A stretch of 64,000 nt of DNA from Polyangiaceae bacterium (GCA_035063585.1 JAPSGB010000002.1:113458-177457), one strand, 5' to 3'; shown: positions 42,325-52,993, counted from the first letter of the stretch. The notes: generated from the letters alone by a model not told the origin. Made by a program: numbers and translations.

Positions 42325-43500
42325 ATGATGGGAAGGTCACTCTACGAGCAGCTCCTCGACGTCACCGTGGTGGTCGCCGACACCGGCGACCTCCACTCGA
42401 TCCGGAAGCTCCTGCCGCGCGACGCGACCACCAACCCCTCGCTCATCACCGCCGCGGCGCAGATGCCCGAGTACGCGGAGGTCGTCGAGCAGGCGCTGCG
42501 CTGGGCGCGCCAGCAGGCCGGCAAGGACGCCAACGCGCATCAGGTCGTCGCGAAGGCCATCGATCGGCTGAGCGTGGAGTTCGGGCTGCGAATCCTCTCC
42601 ATCGTGCCCGGACGCGTCTCGACCGAGGTGGACGCGCGCTCGAGCCACGACGAGGACGGGACCGTCGCCAAGGCGAAGCAGCTCATCGCCCAGTACGAGG
42701 CCGCCGGGGCGAGCCGCGAGCGCGTGCTCATCAAGATCGCCTCCACCTGGGAGGGGATCCGCGCGGCCGCGCGCCTCGAGCGGGAGGGGATCCACTGCAA
42801 CCTCACCCTGCTCTTCGGCATCCACCAGGCGGCGGCGTGCGCGGAAGCCGGCGTGACGCTCGTCTCGCCCTTCGTCGGCCGCATCCTCGACTGGCACCAG
42901 GCGGCCACCGGGAGGGTCTATCGAGGCGCCGAGGACCCGGGCGTCATTTCCGTCACGCGGATCTACAACTACTTCAAGCACTTCGGCTTCGAGACGGAGA
43001 TCATGGGCGCGAGCTTCCGCAACCTCGGCGAGATCCGCGAGCTCGCCGGCTGCGACCTCTTGACCATCTCGCCCAAGCTCCTCGCCGAGCTCCAGCAGAC
43101 GCAGGCGCCGCTCCCGCGAAAGCTCACGCCGGAGGCGGCGAGAGCGCTCACGCTCGAGCGGCTCCCGGTAGACCGCGCGAGCTTCGAGCGCATGCACGCG
43201 GCCGACCGCATGGCCGCCGAGAAGCTCGCCGAGGGGATCGCCGGATTCTCGAAGGCGATCGTCGCGCTCGAGGCGCTCCTCGCCCAGCGCCTGGCGGAGC
43301 TCGAAGGCCGCCGGGGGATCGGGCTCTTCGCGGAGGAGATTTTTCGCGTCTACGACCTCGACGGCGACGGCGCGATCACCCGCGAGGAGTGGGCCGGGAC
43401 GGACCTGGTGTTCGACGCGCTCGACGTCGACGGCGACGGGCGCATCACCCCCGACGAGCTCGCCGCCGGGCTCGGGGCCGCGCATTTCCTGCCCCGATGA
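42325..43500 (+). CDS. tal: Transaldolase with C-terminal EF-hand pair
   Basis: [50 protein letters not shown]-hands [12 protein letters not shown] and [12 protein letters not shown]. Confidence 0.95.
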   Translation: MMGRSLYEQLLDVTVVVADTGDLHSIRKLLPRDATTNPSLITAAAQMPEYAEVVEQALRWARQQAGKDANAHQVVAKAIDRLSVEFGLRILSIVPGRVSTEVDARSSHDEDGTVAKAKQLIAQYEAAGASRERVLIKIASTWEGIRAAARLEREGIHCNLTLLFGIHQAAACAEAGVTLVSPFVGRILDWHQAATGRVYRGAEDPGVISVTRIYNYFKHFGFETEIMGASFRNLGEIRELAGCDLLTISPKLLAELQQTQAPLPRKLTPEAARALTLERLPVDRASFERMHAADRMAAEKLAEGIAGFSKAIVALEALLAQRLAELEGRRGIGLFAEEIFRVYDLDGDGAITREEWAGTDLVFDALDVDGDGRITPDELAAGLGAAHFLPR

Positions 43501-43674
43501 GCTGCGCGCGGCTCGAGCCTGCGGCTCGCGGCTCGGGCTGCCGTGCCCCCGCGAGCCGGACTATTCGTGGGGAAATATCCCACCTCGCTCCGCCGCGCCG
43601 CCCAGCGCGGTTCACCGGAGGTGGAATCGAGCGCCCCGGGGCAAGCTCGGCTATGCTCGCGCCCCCCACCGACC

Positions 43675-44760
43675 ATGAATCGTAGCCAGAAAGTCCCCGA
43701 GCTCGAGAAGGTCCTCTCCCAGGCGAAGGACTGCCCACACATGATCCTCCTCGCCGGCCACCCGGACCCCGACGGGATCGGCAGCGCGCTCGCGCACCAC
43801 CGGATCTGCGAGCACCTCGGGATCTCGAGCGTCATCGGGCACGTGCTCCCCCTCGCGCGCTCGGAGAACCGCGCGCTCGTGAACCTGCTCAGCGTCCCCC
43901 TCACCCAGGTGGAGGGGCCAGCGGATCTGGAGAAATTCGGGTATCTTTCGCTGGTCGACGCCAGCGCGGCGGAGGCGTCCCTCACCATCCCGGGGCACCT
44001 CAAGCTGCTCACCGTGGTCGATCACCACCGGCCGGGCACCATCCCGACCGCGCCGTTCGTGGACATTCGCCAGGACTCCGGGTCGACCTGCGCCATTTAC
44101 GCCGAGTACATGGAGCAAGGGCTGGCGCCCTTCGATGGCACGGGGGCCGACGAGTCGCGCGTGGCGACCGCGATGCTCTTCGGCATCATGACCGACACCG
44201 ACGACTTCTCGCTGGCGACCCCGGCGGATTTCCGGGCAGCGGCGTACATCAAGCGCTTCACTGACGCGGCAACCCTCAGCCGGATCGGCCGCCGAACGGT
44301 CTCGGCAGAGGCCATGGAAGCGGTGAGCCGCGCGCTCATCAACCTCGAGGTCGTCCGGGATTTCGCCCTGGCCGGCGTCGGCCGGGTCTCGGCGGTGAAC
44401 CGCGACGCGATCCCGACCGCCGCTGATTTCATCCTCCGCAGGGAGGACATCGACACGGTGCTCGTCTACGGCCTGGTCGAAAACCGCATCGACGGCTCGC
44501 TCCGGACCAACTCGGCCAGCATCGATCCGGCCACCTTCATGCAGAACGCCTTCGGCAAGGATCCGACCGGGCGCTACTACGGGGGCGGCCGGCGCGACAA
44601 GGGCGGGTTTCAGATCCCGCTCGCCTTCTTCGGCGAGTGCAGCGACGAAGAGAGCCTCTGGAAGCTGGTCCGCGAGCTGGTGCGCTTGCGCGTCTCCCGC
44701 GAGATCCCCGACATCGACCGCATTTCTCGGGTGATGGAAGCGAACAAGAGCGCGGGCTGA
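43675..44760 (+). CDS. DHH/DHHA1 phosphoesterase (NrnA/exopolyphosphatase-like)
   Basis: HPDPDGIGS, VVDHH, GIMTDT, GSLRT, YGGGR. Confidence 0.9.
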   Translation: MNRSQKVPELEKVLSQAKDCPHMILLAGHPDPDGIGSALAHHRICEHLGISSVIGHVLPLARSENRALVNLLSVPLTQVEGPADLEKFGYLSLVDASAAEASLTIPGHLKLLTVVDHHRPGTIPTAPFVDIRQDSGSTCAIYAEYMEQGLAPFDGTGADESRVATAMLFGIMTDTDDFSLATPADFRAAAYIKRFTDAATLSRIGRRTVSAEAMEAVSRALINLEVVRDFALAGVGRVSAVNRDAIPTAADFILRREDIDTVLVYGLVENRIDGSLRTNSASIDPATFMQNAFGKDPTGRYYGGGRRDKGGFQIPLAFFGECSDEESLWKLVRELVRLRVSREIPDIDRISRVMEANKSAG

Positions 44761-44777
44761 GTCGGACGGCGGCGCGC

Positions 44778-45212
44778 TCAGGAGCGGAGCTGCCGAACCG
44801 CCAGCGCGACGTCCTTGCCGTCCACGGGCGCCGCGGCGGCCTTCAACCGCTTCATCGCGAGCCCGGTCGCCGCGCCGTCGTTCGGCGCCGCGCGGAGCTC
44901 CGCGGCGAACGCGGCGAGCTCGCTCGCGATCCGCGCGACCTCCCAGCGCGCCGGCAAGAGCGCCTGGAGAATGGCGTTTTCCTCTTCGAGGACGCGTCGT
45001 TGCTCTTCACGCTCGGAGATGGCGAGGGTCTCCTCGTTCGACTTCAAGAGCTTTCGCACGACCCCGAGGAGCTCCTCCTCGGACAGCGGCTTTCCGCCGC
45101 GGGACTCCGCCACGTCGACCTCCCCCAAGACCACCCTCAGGATCTCCTTTTCAACCGTGGCGTGCTTTTTCATCGCGGCCATCATCTGCCGCTTGAGGTC
45201 GTCCTTCTGCAT
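44778..45212 (-). CDS. GatB/YqeY domain protein
   Basis: DDLKRQMMAAMK, ILRVVLGEV, EENAILQALLP, VDGK. Confidence 0.85.
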   Translation of the reverse strand: MQKDDLKRQMMAAMKKHATVEKEILRVVLGEVDVAESRGGKPLSEEELLGVVRKLLKSNEETLAISEREEQRRVLEEENAILQALLPARWEVARIASELAAFAAELRAAPNDGAATGLAMKRLKAAAAPVDGKDVALAVRQLRS

Positions 45213-45378
45213 CGTCGAGGCTCCCGCGCAGACCATAGTCTGCGGCCGCTGCTCGGGCGAGCGCCACCCGGGATACCACGGTCGATTCCGGGTTCGAGCC
45301 ATGGCAGGCTCCCGTGTCGTCGGCCCGGCCGGCCGATAGCCCCCCGCGACTGCCCATGTCCCCCGCTCGGATCCATCG

Positions 45379-47298
45379 ATGAGTATCGCGCTCGAGACGG
45401 GAGCGATGCTCGGCCGCTACGAGCTGCTCACGCAGATCGGGCGGGGCGGGATGGCGAGCGTCTGGGTCGCGCGAGAGCGCTCGCCGACCGGGCGCGCGCG
45501 GCTCGTGGCGGTGAAGGTGCTCTTGCCCTCGCTCGCGCGGCGCGCCGATTTTCGCACCATGTTCCTCGACGAGGGGCAAATCATCCGCAGCATCGACCAC
45601 GACAACGTGGTCGGCGTGTACGAGGTCGCAGAAGATCACGGGCTGCTCTTCATGGCGATGGAGTGGGTCGAGGGCGACTCGCTCCGCAACGTCATCAAGG
45701 AGGCCCAGCGGCGCCGCCCGATCCCGCCGGAGATGGCGGTGCGTATCATCGCGGACACCGCCGCGGGGCTCCACGCCGCGCACGAGCTCCGCGGCTGGGA
45801 CGGCGCGCTCCGAAACCTCGTGCACTGCGACGTCTCTCCGCACAACATCCTCATCGGCCTCTCCGGCATGACCAAGCTCACCGACTTCGGCGTGGCGAGC
45901 GCGGAGGAACATTTCGGCGAGCTGTCGTCCGAGCGGCGCGTCAAGGGGAAGGTCGGTTACATGTCGCCGGAGCAGGCCGGCGGACAGCCGATCGATCGGC
46001 GCACGGACGTGTACGCGCTCGGCATCGTGCTCTATGAGCTCACCACCGGCGAGCGCTTGTTCAAGGGGATGAACCACGACCATTCCCTCGCGCTGGTGAT
46101 GAACGCGCGGGTTCCGCGCCCATCGAGCGTGCTCGCGGACTACCCCGCCCCGCTCGAGGCCATCGTGCTCCGCGCGCTCGAGCGCGAGCCCTCTGCGCGT
46201 TTCCAGACGGCCGAGGAGATGCAGCAGGCGCTCGAGCGCTACCTGGTCGCCGAGCGAATCCTGGTGCCCCGGAGCGGCGTCGCGCAGCTCCTGAAGCGCG
46301 TGGTCGGCGGGCGCATCGAGGAGCGCCGGCAGGCGATCCGCGCCGCGCTCGCGCAGGTCGACGGACAGACGCCGCTCGGCCTGGTGCCGGACACCGCGGT
46401 CGCGCTGCGCGACTCGCTCGTGAGCGTCACCGAGCCGAGCTCCCCGAGCGCGCTCGCGCACCTGACCCCGAGCGTGCCGCGGCCGAGCTTCACCGGCACG
46501 GGCGAGAGCCTCCTCACCTCGAGCCAGGCCTCCACCACGGCGGCGGCGAGCCTCCCGCTCGAGCGCGCGGCGAGCCGTCGCTCGCCGTGGCGCTTCGGGC
46601 TGGGGGTTGGGCTGGGCGTCGCGGCCGGCGTCGCGGCGGTGCTCGCCCTGCGCGGCTCGTCGGCGCGCGGGCCGGTGGCCGTCCCGATCGCGGGGGTCGA
46701 GTCGAGCGCGCGCGTGCAGGCGAGCCAACCTACCGCCCGACCGCGCGACGAGGGCGTCGACATCGGCAGTCTCCCCATCGCAGGCCACGACGCAGGCCGC
46801 ACCTACGACGAGGCCGAGAGAGAGCAGCTCGAGCGGGCCTGGAAGCAACGCAAGCGGGACGCCGGCGTCCGCGTCGAGCTCGAGGAGACGCCCGAGCCTC
46901 CGGCAAAGCCCGGAGCCCCGGTCGAGCCCGCCGACGTCCACCTGGATGATGCGCCGACGCCCGCGCCGACCGCGCCCGCGCCGCCCGCGCCCGCGCCGAC
47001 GGCGCCCGCGCCGACGGCGGCGCCGAGCGGCCCGCTGAACCAAGGCGCGGCCATCGCCGCGCTCGGCCGCGCCGCGGGCGGCGCGAGCGGCTGCCGTCAG
47101 CCCGGCGGGCCCTCGGGGGCCGGCCGCGCCAGCGTCACCATCGCGCCCTCGGGCCGCGTCTCGAGCGTGAGCGTGTCGAGCCCCTTCGCAGGCACCGCGG
47201 TCGGCGCGTGCGTGGCGAGCCGCTACCGGGGTGTCAGCGTGCCGCCGTTCACCGGCAGCTCGGTCACGCTCGGCTCGGGCTTCGTCGTCCCGGAGTGA
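45379..47298 (+). CDS. Hanks-type Ser/Thr protein kinase with TM and myxobacterial TonB-C/AgmX-like C-terminal domain
   Basis: GRGGMASVW, VAVK, HCDVSPHN, DFG, KGKVGYMSPE; C-terminal GRASVTIAPSGRV...VGACV...VPPFTG. Confidence 0.92.
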   Translation: MSIALETGAMLGRYELLTQIGRGGMASVWVARERSPTGRARLVAVKVLLPSLARRADFRTMFLDEGQIIRSIDHDNVVGVYEVAEDHGLLFMAMEWVEGDSLRNVIKEAQRRRPIPPEMAVRIIADTAAGLHAAHELRGWDGALRNLVHCDVSPHNILIGLSGMTKLTDFGVASAEEHFGELSSERRVKGKVGYMSPEQAGGQPIDRRTDVYALGIVLYELTTGERLFKGMNHDHSLALVMNARVPRPSSVLADYPAPLEAIVLRALEREPSARFQTAEEMQQALERYLVAERILVPRSGVAQLLKRVVGGRIEERRQAIRAALAQVDGQTPLGLVPDTAVALRDSLVSVTEPSSPSALAHLTPSVPRPSFTGTGESLLTSSQASTTAAASLPLERAASRRSPWRFGLGVGLGVAAGVAAVLALRGSSARGPVAVPIAGVESSARVQASQPTARPRDEGVDIGSLPIAGHDAGRTYDEAEREQLERAWKQRKRDAGVRVELEETPEPPAKPGAPVEPADVHLDDAPTPAPTAPAPPAPAPTAPAPTAAPSGPLNQGAAIAALGRAAGGASGCRQPGGPSGAGRASVTIAPSGRVSSVSVSSPFAGTAVGACVASRYRGVSVPPFTGSSVTLGSGFVVPE

Positions 47299-47332
47299 GG
47301 CGCGTCCGAGCGCGGCCGCCGCGCGAGCGCGC

Positions 47333-47683
47333 CTAGAAGAGCTCGAGCACCGCCTCGGGCGGCCTGCCGATGCGAGCGCGCTTGCCCGCGACGACGATGG
47401 GCCGCTCGAGGAGGCTCGGGTGCGCCGCGACGGCGCGAGCGATCTCCGCGAGCGAGCTCTTCGGCGACAGTCCGAGCTCGCGATACGCGGCCTCCTTCGG
47501 TCGGAGGATGGCGTGCGGCTCGACCCCGAGGAGCGCGACGAGCTCCTTCACCCGGGCGGCGCTCGGCGGCTCGTCGAGGTAGTAGACGAGCTCGGGCTCG
47601 ACGCCCCGCTCGCGGAGGAGCGCGAGCGTCTCGCGGCTCTTCTGGCAGCGAGGGTTATGATACATGCTGACCTGCTTGCTCAT
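47333..47683 (-). CDS. arsC: Arsenate reductase (glutaredoxin-type ArsC family)
   Basis: YHNPRCQKSRE, HPSLLERPIV, RIGRPPE. Confidence 0.88.
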   Translation of the reverse strand: MSKQVSMYHNPRCQKSRETLALLRERGVEPELVYYLDEPPSAARVKELVALLGVEPHAILRPKEAAYRELGLSPKSSLAEIARAVAAHPSLLERPIVVAGKRARIGRPPEAVLELF

Positions 47684-47749
47684 GCCATCGGCTCCGCGGA
47701 AGGCTCCGAGCGGACTATTATCCCGCCGCGGAGACGCTCGCAACACGCC

Positions 47750-49108
47750 ATGACCGCGCCCGCCGAGACGCTCCTCCACGGTCGCTACCGCGTCACCGGC
47801 GAGCTCGGCGCGGGCTCTCAGGGCGAGACGCTCGACGCCGTCGACGAGCGCTCGAAGCGCCGAGTCGCCATCAAGCGCTTCACCGTGCGGGGCGCGAGCT
47901 CGTGGAAGGACGTCGAGCTCGCCGAGCGCGAGGCGCGCGTCCTCAGATCACTCTCGCACCCGGCGCTCCCGGCGTATGTCGATCATTTCGAGGAGGGCGG
48001 CTGCCTCTACCTCGTGATGGAGCGGATCGACGGGGAGGATCTGGCTCGCGCGCGCGCGCGCGGCGCGCGGCTCACCCCGACCGCGGTGACGCGGCTGCTC
48101 CGCGAGATCGGCGCCGCGCTCGACTACCTCCACCAGCTCTCACCCCCCGTCATCCACCGGGACGTGAAGCCGAGCAACGTGCTCCGGCGCCCGGACGGCT
48201 CCTTCTGCCTGGTCGATTTCGGCTCGGTGCGCGACCGCGCGAGGCCCGCCGGCGGCAGCACCGTGGTCGGCACCTTCGGCTACATGGCGCCCGAACAATT
48301 CCAAGGACGCGCGCTGCCCGCGAGCGATCTCTACGGGCTCGGCGCGACCATCCTCACGCTCGTCACCGGCGTCGAGCCGGAAGAGCAGCCGCACCGCGGG
48401 CTCGGTATCGACGTGCGCGCCGCGCTCGGCTCGTCCGCGGAGCCGCGCCTGGTCGAGACGCTCCGCGCGATGCTCGAGCCAGATCCGGATCGACGCGCCG
48501 CGCGCGCGGCGCCGCTCATCGCCGAGCTCGAGGCGACCGCCGCGCCGCCGGGCCGGTCGCCGGCCGCGCCGGACCGCCCCCCGGAGGCCCGAGCGAGAGA
48601 CGGCCAGCTCGGCGACGATCTGCGAGCCGCCGCCGAGGCCGCGCGCTCGGTTCGCGAAGCGCTCCGTCGCGAGGCTCGCCGCAGGCAGCGGGGGCGGGTG
48701 CCGGGGCGGCGCGGCCGGCGGCGCGCCGCGCACCCGCTCTTGCTCGCGCTCGGTTGGCTCCTGCTCACGCTGGCGCCCATCGCGATCTGGGCGGCGCTCA
48801 TGGTGGCCTTGCCGGCGCTGCTGACGCTCGCGTCGCTCGGCTTCGGTGAGCGCGCGCGTCGCGCCGCGCGCGGTTCGCGCGCGCTCGGTGAACGACTGAA
48901 TGACGGGCTGCGGCGCAGCCGTCGCGTGCTCCGCGAGCTCGGCGAGGCAGCGCACGCGGAGGAGCCGCCGCGCGTCCGAGTCGAGTCCGCCCCGCCGCCC
49001 GGCGGCCCGCGGCGACGCGTGGTCGGACCCGACGAGGTCGAGGCGCGGGGAGACGAACCGGACGAGCTCGAGCGACCTCCGGCGCGGCGACGCGCGCCCG
49101 GCGAGTGA
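47750..49108 (+). CDS. Hanks-type Ser/Thr protein kinase with C-terminal TM region
   Basis: GAGSQGET, VAIK, HRDVKPSN, DFG, GTFGYMAPE. Confidence 0.9.
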   Translation: MTAPAETLLHGRYRVTGELGAGSQGETLDAVDERSKRRVAIKRFTVRGASSWKDVELAEREARVLRSLSHPALPAYVDHFEEGGCLYLVMERIDGEDLARARARGARLTPTAVTRLLREIGAALDYLHQLSPPVIHRDVKPSNVLRRPDGSFCLVDFGSVRDRARPAGGSTVVGTFGYMAPEQFQGRALPASDLYGLGATILTLVTGVEPEEQPHRGLGIDVRAALGSSAEPRLVETLRAMLEPDPDRRAARAAPLIAELEATAAPPGRSPAAPDRPPEARARDGQLGDDLRAAAEAARSVREALRREARRRQRGRVPGRRGRRRAAHPLLLALGWLLLTLAPIAIWAALMVALPALLTLASLGFGERARRAARGSRALGERLNDGLRRSRRVLRELGEAAHAEEPPRVRVESAPPPGGPRRRVVGPDEVEARGDEPDELERPPARRRAPGE

Positions 49109-49159
49109 CCCGCGCGCGTCCGCTTCTCGCGCGCTGCGAAACATGCGAGCCTGGCCCGC

Positions 49160-49615
49160 ATGAAGGCTCGTGCTCCGCTCGGTCTCGTGCTGCTCGCGCT
49201 CGCCGCGGGCGCGTGCGGGGGCTCGAACGACGACGATTCGGCTCCGGCGTCCTGCACCGAGGCGCCGTCGAAGTGCCCGGCCGGGACCGTGTGCTGGCTC
49301 GACGACGGCGTCGCGGGCACCTACTCGTGCCAGGCGGCCCGCGCGGGCGCGACGCAAGGCACGAGCTGCCAGAACATCGTGAAGCAGCCGACCTGCGCCG
49401 AGGGGCTCGCGTGCTACCCGACCGACACGCAGGGAAACGGCGTCTGCGAGCCGTTCTGCTCGGTGACGAGCCCGACCCCGGGCCAGTGCGCGCCGCCGAG
49501 CTCGGGCGGCCAGTGCGTCGAGCTCCGGCTCCAGACCAACCCCAAGTATCCCGTCTACGTGTGCAGCGCGCCGAGCGCCGGCTCCTCGGGCGGCACGGGC
49601 CGCGGGGCGGACTGA
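49160..49615 (+). CDS. Small Cys-rich lipoprotein
   Basis: Lipobox AAGAC followed by 12 further Cys. Confidence 0.8.
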   Translation: MKARAPLGLVLLALAAGACGGSNDDDSAPASCTEAPSKCPAGTVCWLDDGVAGTYSCQAARAGATQGTSCQNIVKQPTCAEGLACYPTDTQGNGVCEPFCSVTSPTPGQCAPPSSGGQCVELRLQTNPKYPVYVCSAPSAGSSGGTGRGAD

Positions 49616-49663
49616 GCCGCGCGCGCAGCTCGACTCGGCGCCGGGCGTGCTATGGACGCGCGC

Positions 49664-50860
49664 ATGAAGAAGCTATCGAAGGAGATCTGGATCGTCGCGG
49701 CCAAGCGCACCCCCTTCGGCGCGCTCTCGGGGGCGCTCCGCAGCGTCGGCGCCATCGATCTCGCGGTGCACGCGAGCCGAGCGGCCCTCGCGCAAGCGGG
49801 GCTCGAGGCCAAGGAGCTCGGGCACGTGATCCTCGGCAACGTCCAGCAGACGAGCCCCGACGCGCTCTACGGTGCGCGCCATGTGGGGCTGAAGGCCGGC
49901 GTACCGCTCGAGGTCCCCGCGCTCACCCTGAACCGCCTGTGCGGCTCGGGCTTCCAGGCCGTCGTCACCGCGGCCGAGCAGATCCTGCTCGGCGACGCGC
50001 ACGCGGTCCTCGCCGCCGGCGCGGAGAACATGAGCCAGGCGCCGCACGCCGTCTGGGGCCTGCGCGACGGCGGCGCGAAATTCGGCAAGCCGCCGGCGCT
50101 GGTCGACACGCTCTGGGAGGCGCTCACCGACAGCTACTCGCGCACGCCGATGGCGGTGACGGCCGAGAACCTGGCCGTCAAGTATCAGATCACCCGCGAG
50201 GACGCCGACCGCTTCGCGCTCGAGAGCCAGCGGCGCTGGGCGGCCGCGCAAGAGAGCGGCGGGTTCGCCGACGAGCTGGCGCCGATGGAAGTCGCGCAGG
50301 GCCGAAAGACGCTCACCATCGAGAAGGACGAGCATCCGCGCCCGGACACCACCCTCGAAGGGCTCGCCAAGCTCCCCCCGGTGTTCAAGAAGGACGGCAT
50401 CGTGACCGCCGGCAACGCGAGCGGGATCTGCGACGGCGCGGCAGCGCTCGTGGTGGTCGACGCCGAGTGGGGCAAGGCGCACGGCGTGAAGCCGCTCGCG
50501 CGACTCCTGCAGTGGGGCGTCGCGGGCGTCGAGCCGACGCTCATGGGCATCGGCCCCGCGCCGGCCATCCGAAACGCGCTCGAGCGCGCCGGCGTCGCGC
50601 AGAAGGACGTCGATCTGTTCGACGTGAACGAGGCGTTCGCGCCGCAGTTTCTCGCGGTCGCGCGCGAGCTCGGTCTGCCCGCCGAGAAGACCAACGTGAA
50701 CGGCGGCGCCATCGCGCTCGGTCATCCGCTCGGCGCGAGCGGCGCGCGCATCACCGCGAACCTCGTCTACACGCTCCGGCGCAAAGAGCAGCGCCTCGCG
50801 GTCGGCGCGGCCTGCATCGGCGGCGGGCAGGGCATCGCGGTGGTGCTCGAGGCGCTCTGA
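49664..50860 (+). CDS. Acetyl-CoA C-acyltransferase (thiolase)
   Basis: KRTPFG, NRLCGSG, TAGNASGICDGA, NEAF, GHPLGASG, CIGGGQG. Confidence 0.96.
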   Translation: MKKLSKEIWIVAAKRTPFGALSGALRSVGAIDLAVHASRAALAQAGLEAKELGHVILGNVQQTSPDALYGARHVGLKAGVPLEVPALTLNRLCGSGFQAVVTAAEQILLGDAHAVLAAGAENMSQAPHAVWGLRDGGAKFGKPPALVDTLWEALTDSYSRTPMAVTAENLAVKYQITREDADRFALESQRRWAAAQESGGFADELAPMEVAQGRKTLTIEKDEHPRPDTTLEGLAKLPPVFKKDGIVTAGNASGICDGAAALVVVDAEWGKAHGVKPLARLLQWGVAGVEPTLMGIGPAPAIRNALERAGVAQKDVDLFDVNEAFAPQFLAVARELGLPAEKTNVNGGAIALGHPLGASGARITANLVYTLRRKEQRLAVGAACIGGGQGIAVVLEAL

Positions 50861-50912
50861 ACGGGAGCGTGACCGAACCGGCCACAGCGGCGGCGAGTCG
50901 TAACCGATTCGG

Positions 50913-51461
50913 TCACAAAGGCGGAGCTTCCGAGGCCGCGCTCGCCGCGCCCTCGGGGGCCTTGCCCGGGACGTTCGTCAGGCGCAGCGACCCGACGAAG
51001 GCCACCACGTCGCGGAGCTCCGTCGGGGTGAGCTCGCCGCTCCACGCGGGCATGCCCTGGCCGGGGACGCCCGCGCTCACGACCTCGTAGAGGTCGACGA
51101 GGGTGCCTCGGCCGTGGAGAAAGTACCGATCGGTGAGGTTCGGCCCGACGCTGCCCTGCCCGCGGTCGCCGTGGCACTGCGCGCACCGCTCGATGTAGAG
51201 CGCCTTGCCGGCGGCGAGCGCACCGCGCCGCTTCGCGTGCGCGGCGAGGCTCGCCTCGGTGACGGGCTCTCGGTCGCGAACCTCGCCGCGGCGCGCGGCG
51301 CTGCCGCCGCGAAGTTGGTGCCAGGTGAAGAGCGCGCCGCCGGCCGCGACGCACAACCAGAACCCCCATAAATAGCGAGCAGAGCTCGAGGCTCTAGGTT
51401 CGGCGCTGGCCCGTGCGGGGGCGTCGGCGGGAGGCGCGCGCTTCGGCGCTTCGGCGCTCAT
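50913..51461 (-). CDS. Membrane-anchored monoheme cytochrome c (CcoP-like)
   Basis: TM, CAQCHG, VGPNLTD, GMPAW. Confidence 0.88.
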   Translation of the reverse strand: MSAEAPKRAPPADAPARASAEPRASSSARYLWGFWLCVAAGGALFTWHQLRGGSAARRGEVRDREPVTEASLAAHAKRRGALAAGKALYIERCAQCHGDRGQGSVGPNLTDRYFLHGRGTLVDLYEVVSAGVPGQGMPAWSGELTPTELRDVVAFVGSLRLTNVPGKAPEGAASAASEAPPL

Positions 51462-51539
51462 CGGAGCTTGGGCGCGTCATCTTGCACACTTTCGACGGAG
51501 GAGCGAGCCGCGCGTGCGCGCGCCCGCTCGGCGGACGGC

Positions 51540-52763
51540 TCAGGAGAAATACTCGCGGATCGCGTCGGCGCGCGCGAGCGCGTCGCTCCGCCCGAGGTCG
51601 ATGAGCTCACGGGCAAACCCGCCGTCGAAGAGCAGGTACGAGGCCCAGTCCGCCTCCTGACCGGGCGCCTTCCGGGTGGCCCGCTCGATGAGCTTGCGCA
51701 CGAGGACGTTCAGGTTGGTGGCGCGGAGCCGGTCGCGAATGTAGATCCCGGCGACCTTGCCGAGGTTCCGCGACGGGCTGAAGACCAAGGGCTCGATGCG
51801 CCGATAGGCGACCCCGCGGTCGCGCTCGAGCACCTTCTGCACCCGCTCCAGATCTTCGGGTGGTAGCACGTCCTCGAGCACCTCGAAGAGGATGTTCAAG
51901 CGGCGGAGCACCGAGAGGTCATAGCTCACCGGATCGAGCAAGAGCGCGTTCAGGAGCTTGCCGGCGAGGAAGGTCACCGACAAGTCGTCGTCCGGCCCCG
52001 CCTCGGGCGGCGGCGGGAGCGAGCCGCGCTCCTCGTGGAACATGGGAGACACCACCACCAGCTTGTCGGCTCCGGCGCGGATGGCGGGCGCCATCGGCGT
52101 GTTGAAGCGTAGCCCGCCGTCGCAGTAGTAGCCGTCGTCGATCCAGCGCGAGGGGAACAGCAGCGGGATCGCAGCGGAGGCGAGCACGTGCCCCGCGTCG
52201 ATGCGCGCCAGGCGGGCGCGACGGCGGCGATCGCGGGTGGGGCGAAAATCCTCCCCGGGCGCCTGCTGCACGAACATCGTGGTGCGCCCCGTCTCCACGT
52301 GGAGCGCCGCGATCAGCACCGAGCGCACCACGCCCTCGTCGATGTTGCGATGAAGCGCGGACCAATCCACGGCGTCGGTCACGATGCGCTCGAGGTTGCG
52401 CGTGTCGAGGATCGATTTTCCGTGGGCGTCCGGCTCCACGATGCCCTCGACCAGGCGGTGGATGCGGCTCGACCATCGGAGCAGCGACGACGAATTCAGC
52501 CGAGCGTGGTCCTCGAGCCTGAGGTCGGTCCAGATCTCGATCAGGCGGTCTATGCCGAGATCGCCGTGGTGCGCGTTCGCCGCGAGATACGCCACGTTGA
52601 TGGCGCCGACCGAGGTGCCGGCGAAGATGCGAAAGAGCGGCGGATCGCTCGCCGTGCGCCGGAGCGCCTCGACGATCCCGGCGACGACGCCCACCTCGTA
52701 GGCGCCGCGCGTCCCGCCTCCCGAGAGCACCAGCGCGGGGCGCGTGTGGAGTTCGGAGACCAC
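51540..52763 (-). CDS. Patatin-like phospholipase
   Basis: LSGGGTRGAY, GTSVG, ASAAIP, DGG. Confidence 0.93.
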   Translation of the reverse strand: MVSELHTRPALVLSGGGTRGAYEVGVVAGIVEALRRTASDPPLFRIFAGTSVGAINVAYLAANAHHGDLGIDRLIEIWTDLRLEDHARLNSSSLLRWSSRIHRLVEGIVEPDAHGKSILDTRNLERIVTDAVDWSALHRNIDEGVVRSVLIAALHVETGRTTMFVQQAPGEDFRPTRDRRRRARLARIDAGHVLASAAIPLLFPSRWIDDGYYCDGGLRFNTPMAPAIRAGADKLVVVSPMFHEERGSLPPPPEAGPDDDLSVTFLAGKLLNALLLDPVSYDLSVLRRLNILFEVLEDVLPPEDLERVQKVLERDRGVAYRRIEPLVFSPSRNLGKVAGIYIRDRLRATNLNVLVRKLIERATRKAPGQEADWASYLLFDGGFARELIDLGRSDALARADAIREYFS

Positions 52764-52993
52764 GCGCGCAATCTACACGACCTTCGCCGCGAAGGGCAGG
52801 AAACGCCGGCTCGCCGACCCCGCCCGCGCTCGCGGCTCGCCCGCGGAGCGACTCGCCCCCGCGCCCCGCGCTTCGAGCGCGCCCGCCCGGGGGTCTCGCC
52901 GCTCCCTTTCCCGCGCTCGGTCTGGGCTGGCGCGGCGCGGCCGGCGGCGCGCGCGAATCGTATGGCGCCGGAGCGCACGCTATAGTGCCCGTC

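Noticed and set aside
47333..47683. Arsenic resistance island
   Set aside because: Lone ArsC-family gene with no arsR, arsB or acr3.
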